The position numbers and the translations under genes were made by a program. Of a DNA stretch of 64,000 nucleotides, positions 30,212 to 38,341 are shown one piece after another (position 1 is the first letter of the stretch; each line of letters starts with the position of its first letter). The DNA is taken from positions 5,833 to 69,832 of the forward strand of contig JAFCFT010000001.1 in assembly GCA_017608505.1 (NCBI GenBank), written 5' to 3'. The notes under the pieces were generated by a model. That model was not told the origin of the DNA. It searched no databases and worked only from the letters and a program-made list of their open reading frames with translations. Source of the stretch: Candidatus Parvarchaeota archaeon. Its GTDB lineage: Archaea; Nanobdellota; Nanobdellia; WJKC01.

Positions 30212-31687
30212 ATGAAGGTTTTAATTGCTAATCCGCCATGGATTGCAGGAGATAGGTGTGGGGTTAGAGCTGGTTCAAGGTGGCCCAGTACTAGTAAAAA
30301 AGAAAAGGTTGATTACAAAAATAGATACATGCCATTCCCATTTAATCTTGCATATGCTGCAGCAGTGCTTGAGGATGCAGGGCATAAAGTAAAAGTTATT
30401 GATGGAATTGCAGAAGATTTAAGTAAAAAGGAGTTTGTTCAAAGAGCTAAGAGAGTAAAGCCAGAGATATTCTTTATGGAGTGTGCTACTGCTTCAATAT
30501 ATGCAGATCTTAAGTGGGCTGAAATAATGAAACATGAACTAAATTGTCCTATCATATTCGCCGGCACTCATATAACTGCTCTTCCAAAAGAGGTTTTGGC
30601 AAGTCCAAATATTGACTATGGGTTGTTAGGCGAGTACGAGTACACTTTTAGAGAGCTTCTTAATCGCCTTGAGCGCAAAAAACCCATTTCAAAAGTTTTG
30701 GGTTTGGCTTATAAAAGAGGTAAGAAGGTCATAATTAATGAAAGAAGACCCTTGCTGGACTACAACGAGTTGCCTATGCCTGCCAGGCATTTATTTAATA
30801 TGAAATTATATCATGACACCTTTTGTCTTAATTATCCAACAATTCAAGTGATGACTAGTAGAGGTTGCCCTTTTAATTGCATATTCTGCTTAGAGCCCAA
30901 TGTTTGGTATGGGCCTAGATGGAGGGTAAGATCTCTTGAAAATGTCAGAAAAGAAATAAGCCAGGTTATTGAAGATTATAAGCCAAAGGAAATTTACTTT
31001 GATGATTCAACATTCACTGTAAGAGAAGATAGAACAATCTCAATCAGTCGTCTTATGAGGGAGTTTGGTCTTCCATGGTCATGTATGACTAGTGTTAACA
31101 CAATAAGATCTAAAAAAATGCTTGAAGAAATGGCGCGGGGTGGTTGCTACAGGGTTAAGTTTGGCTTAGAAAGTGCGCATCCAAAAGTATTGAAATTTAC
31201 TGGCAAGCCATACAATTTAAGGCATGTTGTTAAGGCATTAAAGTGGGCAAATGATGTAGGCATAGGTTGCCACATTACAATGATGGTTGGTTTGCCAGGA
31301 GAAACCAAAACAACAATGAAGAGAACTTTTAATTTTGCTAAAAAGTTAGCTTTAGATGGGCTTGTTGAAAGCATTCAATGGAGCATTGCAACACCATATC
31401 CTGGAACTAAGTTTTACAAAATGTGTGTGGATAATAAATGGATAGTATCAAAGGACTGGAGCAAGTATGATGGAAGCAACAGTTGCGTAATAAATTACAA
31501 GAATTTGTCAAAAAATGAGATTGAAGAGCATTTTAAGAATTTAGAAAGTTATTGGCGCTACGAAGTATTGAACGCTAATGTGATATTAAAGAAGATAATG
31601 ATTAACTTGAAAACAAAAGGAATTAAGGCAATCCCTTATCTGTCTAGGAGATTTGCATCATTATTGATGTATAAGCTTAGAAAGTAA
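30212..31687 (+). CDS. B12-binding radical SAM protein (HpnJ-like)
   Basis: RAGSRWP N-terminus, B12-binding domain, TSRGCPFNCIFC (CxxxCxxC), FGLES, GLPGET, PYPGT. Confidence 0.92.
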   Translation: MKVLIANPPWIAGDRCGVRAGSRWPSTSKKEKVDYKNRYMPFPFNLAYAAAVLEDAGHKVKVIDGIAEDLSKKEFVQRAKRVKPEIFFMECATASIYADLKWAEIMKHELNCPIIFAGTHITALPKEVLASPNIDYGLLGEYEYTFRELLNRLERKKPISKVLGLAYKRGKKVIINERRPLLDYNELPMPARHLFNMKLYHDTFCLNYPTIQVMTSRGCPFNCIFCLEPNVWYGPRWRVRSLENVRKEISQVIEDYKPKEIYFDDSTFTVREDRTISISRLMREFGLPWSCMTSVNTIRSKKMLEEMARGGCYRVKFGLESAHPKVLKFTGKPYNLRHVVKALKWANDVGIGCHITMMVGLPGETKTTMKRTFNFAKKLALDGLVESIQWSIATPYPGTKFYKMCVDNKWIVSKDWSKYDGSNSCVINYKNLSKNEIEEHFKNLESYWRYEVLNANVILKKIMINLKTKGIKAIPYLSRRFASLLMYKLRK

Positions 31688-32551
31688 GTATTTGATAGTG
31701 TAATATGTTCTGCCTAATTCAAATACAAATTTTTGAATTATTTTATAAGGTTTAATTTTGCTCGCTGAAAGCAGTATTAAAGGAGCAAAGAGTAATGGGT
31801 TTAATGGGCCTATAAAAAACATAATAGTAATTGCTACTTTAAGCAAGTGATTTATTAAATTCTTGTCTAAGTATTTTAGGTGTCTTAATTCGCCTTGGCT
31901 TGTACTGAAGATATCTTTTAGCACAGCGCTAAAGTTTTGGTAAGATTTCAGATGAACGCTTTTTAATCTTGGGTCATAGATTATTACGCCTCCTTTCTTA
32001 AGCATTCTTAAAAACCAGTCCATATCCTCCCCATTTCTTGTGAAAAATGGGTCGAAGTATCCTGTTTTGTAAACCCATTCTTTTTTTATTAAGTAACAAA
32101 AGGGCAGTATGAAAAAGTTGTCCTCGCGCAGCACCATTTCATTATCAGGTCCTTCATATGAGTGAAATATTAAATCCCACTTTGTTTTTCTAACCCAGTC
32201 TACTTTGCCACAAATTGCTGCTGAGTTTTTCTTTTTAAATTCTTTATTAGCGAGCGCGTTCCTGAACCAATTTTTATCAAGTATTATGTCTGAATCGAGG
32301 AATAACAAATACTTAAATTTTTTATTTTTTAAGTAATTAAGTGCGTAATTCCTGGTTTTTCCAAGACCCGAATGTTCTTTTGAAATGATTGTTATATTGT
32401 TTTTATATTTATTTTTTAGTTTTTTGATAAATTTTTTTTCTGAACCGTCATCTATTAAGAATATTTTATATTTGCCTTTTTGCCTTAATATTGAGTTAAT
32501 TGTTTCAGAAACTTTATAACAATTATAGCAAGGTATTACAATATAAATCAT
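31661..32551 (-). CDS. GT2 glycosyltransferase
   Basis: VIPCYN, IDDGS, FLDSD, GEDMD. Confidence 0.9.
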   Translation of the reverse strand: MIYIVIPCYNCYKVSETINSILRQKGKYKIFLIDDGSEKKFIKKLKNKYKNNITIISKEHSGLGKTRNYALNYLKNKKFKYLLFLDSDIILDKNWFRNALANKEFKKKNSAAICGKVDWVRKTKWDLIFHSYEGPDNEMVLREDNFFILPFCYLIKKEWVYKTGYFDPFFTRNGEDMDWFLRMLKKGGVIIYDPRLKSVHLKSYQNFSAVLKDIFSTSQGELRHLKYLDKNLINHLLKVAITIMFFIGPLNPLLFAPLILLSASKIKPYKIIQKFVFELGRTYYTIKYLLSKLIHQ

Positions 32552-32576
32552 TATTTAATTTTAATCATGGTTATTT

Positions 32577-33494
32577 TTAAAAATATGATGTTTTAAAAAA
32601 GTAGAATATTGTTACCAGGGATCTTAGTATTCCAACAATAATTGAGTATAGTGTTACGTGTATTAGTTTTATTCCATAATAATTAATGATTAATAATACT
32701 GCGACGTACGCAACAGTTAATATAACGCTTATTGGGATTAAAGCATTTAGTATTATAAGCAGGAATATGCTTGCTCTGCAGAAATTAATTAATAACATTT
32801 TAAGAGCGTGCCATTTATCCTTTTTGTAAAGAGTGCTTAATCCTTTGCCATAAGAGACGCCTTGTTTTAAATAATCAATAAGTGTGTTGGGGTCTTCATG
32901 GAAGACTATTAATTGTGGGTCATGGTATGCTTTAAATCCCATTTCGTAAAACTTTTTAGTTATTAAGTAATCTTCAAAATATGAAACCGATTCGTCATAT
33001 CCTCCTAATTTTTTTATTACGCTTTTTTTAAAAGTGAAAACATACGCCCCTTTCTCAAATCCAGGCTTTAAAATTCTTGACTGGAATTTTTTATAGCGCT
33101 CATTAATCATTTTTGAAACCATTGTTTTAGGATTCTTAGTGTAAACATTCCAAGTAACTGCATCCGCTTTTTGTTCTTTAAAATGATTTATTATCTTTTT
33201 AATGAAGTGCTTATTAAATGTAATGTCTGCATCAACAAATATAATGTATTTGCCTTTTGCAATTCGAAGACCGGCATTTCTAGCTTTTGCAGCATTGCCC
33301 CCTTTTATATTAATTAATTTGATTCTTTTATCTTTCTTAATGTAAGATTCAACAATTTCCTTAGTTTTATCAGTGCTTGAGTCGTTTACAACAATTAACT
33401 CATAATCTTTAAAAGTTTGTTTGAGAACAGATTCAATAGCGCCCTTAATTGAAGCCTCTTCATTATGAGCAGGTATTATGATGCTTGCTTCCAT
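32577..33494 (-). CDS. GT2 glycosyltransferase
   Basis: IIPAHNEE, VNDSSTD, FVDAD, GGYDE...FED. Confidence 0.92.
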   Translation of the reverse strand: MEASIIIPAHNEEASIKGAIESVLKQTFKDYELIVVNDSSTDKTKEIVESYIKKDKRIKLINIKGGNAAKARNAGLRIAKGKYIIFVDADITFNKHFIKKIINHFKEQKADAVTWNVYTKNPKTMVSKMINERYKKFQSRILKPGFEKGAYVFTFKKSVIKKLGGYDESVSYFEDYLITKKFYEMGFKAYHDPQLIVFHEDPNTLIDYLKQGVSYGKGLSTLYKKDKWHALKMLLINFCRASIFLLIILNALIPISVILTVAYVAVLLIINYYGIKLIHVTLYSIIVGILRSLVTIFYFFKTSYF

Positions 33495-33575
33495 ACTTTA
33501 GAGAATTGGCTTGTAGTATTTATTGTTTTTTAAAAACCAAAAATCTTTTAATTAGTAACTAGTAATTTTCTCCTT

Positions 33576-34730
33576 ATGAAAGTAACCTTTGTAAGTTTAT
33601 TTGATTATGATATGAGTCCTGGCATAAGAATAATGTCTCTTGCTAAAGAATTGGTTAAAAAAGGATTATCTGTTGACTATGTTAATGCTGCTTGGGTCAA
33701 GGGTATTGGATCTAAGAAAAAAAAAGATCATGTATATTGCGGAGTCAATGTAAAATACATAAAAGCAAAAAAAAGCAAGTTAAGTATTCTGTTATCAACA
33801 AGCCAAATGCTTAAGAAATTAAATTCCAGTGACTTTTTCCATTTAAGTAAGGCGTTGCCAATTCATTCCATACCATTTTACATAGCTAAGAAATTTAAAA
33901 AGGGAAAATTTATCTTGGACCTTGATGACTGGGAAAGTGTTGGTGGTGGGTCATCATTTAGCAATACTGATTTTAGTAAAAGAATAATGATCACTTTTCT
34001 TGAAGAATACTTGTCAAGAAAAGCTGAAGGAGTGACAGTAGCTAGCAAAGTTCTTGAAAAACGAGTTAAAGACATGGGTGTAAAAAATGTATTATATATT
34101 CCTAATGGAGCTGATTACGAGTTATTTAATCCTGAAAATTACGATAAGAACAAATTAAGAAAAAAATATGGATTTAAGAAAACAGATTTTATACTTTGTT
34201 ATGTTGGCACTTTACCAAAAACCTTATCAGCAGTCGATCAAATTATTGAGGCAGTAAAATCATTAAAGGATGTAAAATTATTGCTTGTTGGTTTTGGCGA
34301 AGGACTGAATAGATTAAAGAGGTATTGCAATAAAAATAATTTAAGAAAGCGGGTGATATTTACTGGGCGCGTAAAGCACGATGCTGTACCTGAATATATA
34401 ATGGCAAGTGATGCTTGTTTGCTTCCTTATAGTGATAAATATCCTGAAGTTTTATACAATAGGGCAAGAAATTCTGTAAAACTTTTTGAGTACATGAGCA
34501 TGGCTAAGCCAGTGATTGCAAGTGATTTAGGAGAGTTAAGTATCGCGCTTAGGGGGACTAAATTGTTATTTAAGCCTGATTGTGTTGAAGCGTTAATTAA
34601 TACTATTAATAAAGTCAAGAATTCTAATCTAAAAAAAATAGGCAATGAAATGAGGCAGAGAGTTATAAAAGAATACAATTATAAAATACAAGCTGAGAGG
34701 TTGCTTAAATTTTATAAGAAGTTACTATGA
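33576..34730 (+). CDS. GT4 glycosyltransferase
   Basis: DLDDWE, IPNGAD, KLFEYMSMAKPVI. Confidence 0.9.
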   Translation: MKVTFVSLFDYDMSPGIRIMSLAKELVKKGLSVDYVNAAWVKGIGSKKKKDHVYCGVNVKYIKAKKSKLSILLSTSQMLKKLNSSDFFHLSKALPIHSIPFYIAKKFKKGKFILDLDDWESVGGGSSFSNTDFSKRIMITFLEEYLSRKAEGVTVASKVLEKRVKDMGVKNVLYIPNGADYELFNPENYDKNKLRKKYGFKKTDFILCYVGTLPKTLSAVDQIIEAVKSLKDVKLLLVGFGEGLNRLKRYCNKNNLRKRVIFTGRVKHDAVPEYIMASDACLLPYSDKYPEVLYNRARNSVKLFEYMSMAKPVIASDLGELSIALRGTKLLFKPDCVEALINTINKVKNSNLKKIGNEMRQRVIKEYNYKIQAERLLKFYKKLL

Positions 34731-35779
34731 AAATCGCTCAAATAATAATCGGCTACAATAAAGAAATTGGAGGATATGGCAGGCATGTGAATTTAATAAC
34801 AGGCGAATTAAAGAAAAGGGGGCACAATGTTGCAATAATTACTACAAAGTATTCTCCGGGAAAGTACGGCGATGAAAAAGGAGTTATAAGATTGTGGAAC
34901 GACCCTTTATTGAAAATCACTCCTTCGCTTTTTACGCATTTGTTAAGCAATGATTATGATTTAGTTCACGTTCACGGGTACCCAAGTTTTTTGCCATTTA
35001 TTGCTTGTCTTGCTAAAGAATTTAAGAACTTTCCGCTTGTATTCACTCCGCATTATCACCCCTTTGGCCACAAGCCGCTTCCATTAAGAAGATTATTTGA
35101 TCTGACTTTTGGCAATTATTCATTAAAAAAGCCAGATTATGTTGTTGCATTAACAGATTACGAAAAAAGATTGTTGAGGCGCAGAGGAGCAAAAAAAATA
35201 AGTGTGATTCCAAATCCAATAAAAACTGAAAATTTAAGAAAAATTAAAGGTTTTAAGAAAAAGTTTGGTATTGCCGGGCCTTTTATTGTCTTTGTTGGGA
35301 GAATAGAGAAAGACAAAGGTCTTGAATACTTAATAGATGCTGTTATGGGGCTTCCAGTTACTCTTGTCATTATTGGCGAGGATGCTGGATATAAAAAAGA
35401 GCTTAAAGAAAGTGAAAATGTGTTGTTTACAGGGGCATTGTCTCAAAAAGATTTGATGAGCGCTTACACTGAGTGCGAGTTTTTAGTTTTGCCAAGCAAG
35501 TACGAAGCTTTTGGCATAGTGCTCATTGAGGCAATGTATTATGGAAAGCCTGTGATTGCCACAAATGTTGGGCCAATCCCTTCAATTGTCAAAGATGCAG
35601 GTCTGCTAGTGAAATATGGAGATGTAAAAGGGCTTCGCACCTCAATAAAGAAATTGTTAAAAGACGAGAAATTAAGAATCTTAATGGGCAAAGAAGCGCA
35701 AAGGCACGCACAAATTTATGATGTTAAAAATGTTGTTGACAAATTAATGAAAGTATACGAGAGCGCGGTGAAAAAATGA
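34727..35779 (+). CDS. GT4 glycosyltransferase
   Basis: IGG, FVGRIEKDKG, EAFGIVLIEAM. Confidence 0.93.
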   Translation: MKIAQIIIGYNKEIGGYGRHVNLITGELKKRGHNVAIITTKYSPGKYGDEKGVIRLWNDPLLKITPSLFTHLLSNDYDLVHVHGYPSFLPFIACLAKEFKNFPLVFTPHYHPFGHKPLPLRRLFDLTFGNYSLKKPDYVVALTDYEKRLLRRRGAKKISVIPNPIKTENLRKIKGFKKKFGIAGPFIVFVGRIEKDKGLEYLIDAVMGLPVTLVIIGEDAGYKKELKESENVLFTGALSQKDLMSAYTECEFLVLPSKYEAFGIVLIEAMYYGKPVIATNVGPIPSIVKDAGLLVKYGDVKGLRTSIKKLLKDEKLRILMGKEAQRHAQIYDVKNVVDKLMKVYESAVKK

Positions 35780-35866
35780 AAGTCACAATAGGGATTGCAG
35801 CCCGAGGCGGGGACACCTACGGTTGTAGGCGGTGTGTAAAATGAAAGTCACAATAGGGATTGCAGC
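35773..35866 (+). repeat. 29-bp perfect direct repeat (AAAATGAAAGTCACAATAGGGATTGCAGC; 35773-35801 and 35838-35866) flanking a 36-bp GC-rich insert
   Basis: Read directly. The insert (35802-35837) is 24/36 G+C and contains hairpin CCTAC-GGTT-GTAGG. Confidence 0.95.
35776..35844 (+). CDS. 22-aa mini-ORF MKVTIGIAARGGDTYGCRRCVK created by the duplication
   Basis: ATGA overlap with the upstream GT4 stop; its own TGA overlaps the GT2 ATG (ATGA). Translation unproven. Confidence 0.35.
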   Translation: MKVTIGIAARGGDTYGCRRCVK

Positions 35867-36695
35867 GTATAAGGAGCCAAGGATTGCTAAATGCTTAAAT
35901 GCAATACTTAATGAGAAATTAAGAAATTTGGAAATAATTGTTGCGTGCCCTGATGAGGAAACTGCATCTTTAGTCAGGAAATTTAAGAAAGCAATTCTAA
36001 TTAAAGAGTCTAAAAAAGAAGGCAAGCCTGCAGCAATTAATAAAATACTAAAAAGGGCCAAGGGCGATATAATTGTAATTACAGACGCTGACATGGTTAT
36101 CAAGAAGGGAAGCTTAAAGAAGTTGCTCTCGCACTTTAAAGACAAAAGTGTGGGCGTTGTCTGCGGACATCCTGTTGTCACTAATAAGAGAGACAACATG
36201 CTTGGGTTTTGGGGGCATCTTTTGTACGATATAGCTCACAAAAGAAGGCTTGCAGGCGCAAAGCACGTGACAATGAATTTATGCGCTTTTAGAAAAGGAA
36301 TTGTTAAAAAAATAAATAGAGAGGCCCTTGTTGACGATTACATAATAGGCGTTGAAAATGAGAGAAAGGGTTACAAATTTGTTTACGAGCCAAATGCAGT
36401 AGTTTATGTTACTTTTCCAACAAACACAAAGGATTTCTTAAAGCAAAGAATAAGGACGTTTGCTGGCTACATGCAAATAAAAGACTGGTATGGCGAAGGC
36501 GAAAGAAGTTTTGCTCAAGAAGTAAAACATGGCGCAAACGTTTTTTCTTATCCAAAGAATTTTAAAGAATGGGTTTGGCTTGGCTTGCTGTTTGTTTATA
36601 GATTAGTTGCATGGATTAAGGCGTACTGGGTTTACAAGGTAAAGAAGAAGAAACTTGTTGAGATTTGGAAGCCTGCTTTAAGTACTAAGACATAA
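35841..36695 (+). CDS. GT2 glycosyltransferase
   Basis: MKVTIGIAAYKE, GKPAAIN, TDAD, VDD, QRIR. Confidence 0.9.
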   Translation: MKVTIGIAAYKEPRIAKCLNAILNEKLRNLEIIVACPDEETASLVRKFKKAILIKESKKEGKPAAINKILKRAKGDIIVITDADMVIKKGSLKKLLSHFKDKSVGVVCGHPVVTNKRDNMLGFWGHLLYDIAHKRRLAGAKHVTMNLCAFRKGIVKKINREALVDDYIIGVENERKGYKFVYEPNAVVYVTFPTNTKDFLKQRIRTFAGYMQIKDWYGEGERSFAQEVKHGANVFSYPKNFKEWVWLGLLFVYRLVAWIKAYWVYKVKKKKLVEIWKPALSTKT

Positions 36696-36733
36696 TAAAA
36701 TTTATAAGATAATAATTATAGAATCAATAAGTT

Positions 36734-38317
36734 ATGAAATTAAAAAACAAGCTGTTTTACGCTTTTATAGCAACGTACTTTGTATTCTTGCTTGTAAATG
36801 TAAGTCCTTATTACTTGGACGCTGATGAAGGTTCGCATGCGCTTACTTCAGTCTTTTTTTCAAGATTTTATGAAGACTTTTTTAGCAGTCCTACGTTTTC
36901 ATTAAGAGATATTTACAATTATGCAAAAGCCTATTATGTCCGCTATCCAAAATTTTCTTTTATTTACGGGCCAGTGTTTCCTTTAATAATGGGTGCTGTG
37001 CTTTTGCTTACAGGCCCTTCGATTGCAGTGATAAGAATTGTTGAAGCTCTTTTGGGAACCGCCACTCTTATAGTATTTTATTACGCATTGCGAAACTGGT
37101 ATGATGAAAATGTTTCTCTTCTTGCAACAGCTCTTTTAGGGACTTCAGGGCTTTTTGTTACGCTTTCGCTTAAAGTAATGCTTGACATTCCTTGCTTCTT
37201 TTTTTATATGCTGGGCTTTTATTTCTTCACAAAAAAACGCTATTTTTACTCTGGATTATTTTTAGGATTAAGCATTTTGACAAAGGAAATCGCACTCGTG
37301 TTTTCAGGAGCGCTTCTAATTGCAGCCATGACTAATTATAAGAAAGTGAAATTTAAAGGATTGTTATTAATGTGTGTTGGCATTGCTGTTTTTGTTCTTC
37401 CTTATTTTGCACTGCTTTACTTCACGCAGGGCGGGCTTGATGTTGTATTAAGACTGCCGTTAAGACAGCAATATTATGGAATAAGTGACTCAGACCCGCA
37501 GTGGTACGAGCTTTATGGCTGGATATACCCTTTTGTTATAATTGCCAATAACTTTTCTTTGATTTTTGTGCTTGCTTTGATTCCTTCTTTGTATTATGTT
37601 TTTAAGCATAAGAATTTTGCAAACAAGACTTTGCTTGCGCTTTTTTTAGTTATGTATTTGTCTGTTGTTTTTTTTACTGACAAAAATGAGAAGTTTATAC
37701 TATTGGGAACAGGATTTTGCGCAGCAATCACTTCAATAGGCTTAAACAAGATGTTTAAGTATTATGCTTCAAATAAGGCAAGATTTGCAATTTTATTTGC
37801 AACAGTTTTAATGATGGTTGCAAGTGTGCCAGCAGACAACTCAAAGCCAGAGGTTCCAATGAGCAATGTTGCAGAGTACTTAGTTAATAACTGCAAAAAC
37901 TGCACAATTTTAGTTGCTTCAGAAGTAGGAAGCGTGTATGACAGCTACTTGTTGTACGAGTCTTTTGTAAGAGACAAAGATGCAACTTTGCGCTTTATAA
38001 GACCAACAATATTTTCATCAGTGAATGCAAAAGAAGCAATAGAAAATAATTCAGTAAGCAAAGTCATTGTTATTGGAGATTATGATTTCATAAAAAGAAA
38101 TGAAGAAATCAAGCCATACTTAAACAATGTTGAGTATGTAATTAATAAGTATGATGTTGCAAAAGTCTATGATTCGGACATAGTTGGCAAAATAATTATT
38201 TATGATACGAAGATTGCGCCAAGCCAAAAAGTTCCTATGTGCTTTACAGCGCTTGCAATTAATAAGAGTTTTTGCACAGAGTTTTTAAGGCCAAAAGACG
38301 CATTAAAATCCTTATAA
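36734..38317 (+). CDS. GT-C glycosyltransferase (ArnT/GT39-GT83-like)
   Basis: DADEGSH, YGP, VMLDIP, LTKE; polytopic with C-terminal soluble domain. Confidence 0.8.
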   Translation: MKLKNKLFYAFIATYFVFLLVNVSPYYLDADEGSHALTSVFFSRFYEDFFSSPTFSLRDIYNYAKAYYVRYPKFSFIYGPVFPLIMGAVLLLTGPSIAVIRIVEALLGTATLIVFYYALRNWYDENVSLLATALLGTSGLFVTLSLKVMLDIPCFFFYMLGFYFFTKKRYFYSGLFLGLSILTKEIALVFSGALLIAAMTNYKKVKFKGLLLMCVGIAVFVLPYFALLYFTQGGLDVVLRLPLRQQYYGISDSDPQWYELYGWIYPFVIIANNFSLIFVLALIPSLYYVFKHKNFANKTLLALFLVMYLSVVFFTDKNEKFILLGTGFCAAITSIGLNKMFKYYASNKARFAILFATVLMMVASVPADNSKPEVPMSNVAEYLVNNCKNCTILVASEVGSVYDSYLLYESFVRDKDATLRFIRPTIFSSVNAKEAIENNSVSKVIVIGDYDFIKRNEEIKPYLNNVEYVINKYDVAKVYDSDIVGKIIIYDTKIAPSQKVPMCFTALAINKSFCTEFLRPKDALKSL

Positions 38318-38341
38318 GTGTGTTATAATTAAAAAATTATA

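Noticed and set aside
35773..35866. Canonical CRISPR array or BHB-type intron
   Set aside because: Only two repeats, which are coding sequence, with no leader or cas genes. The hairpin has one 3-nt bulge, not a full bulge-helix-bulge. Kept only as an insertion-scar hypothesis.
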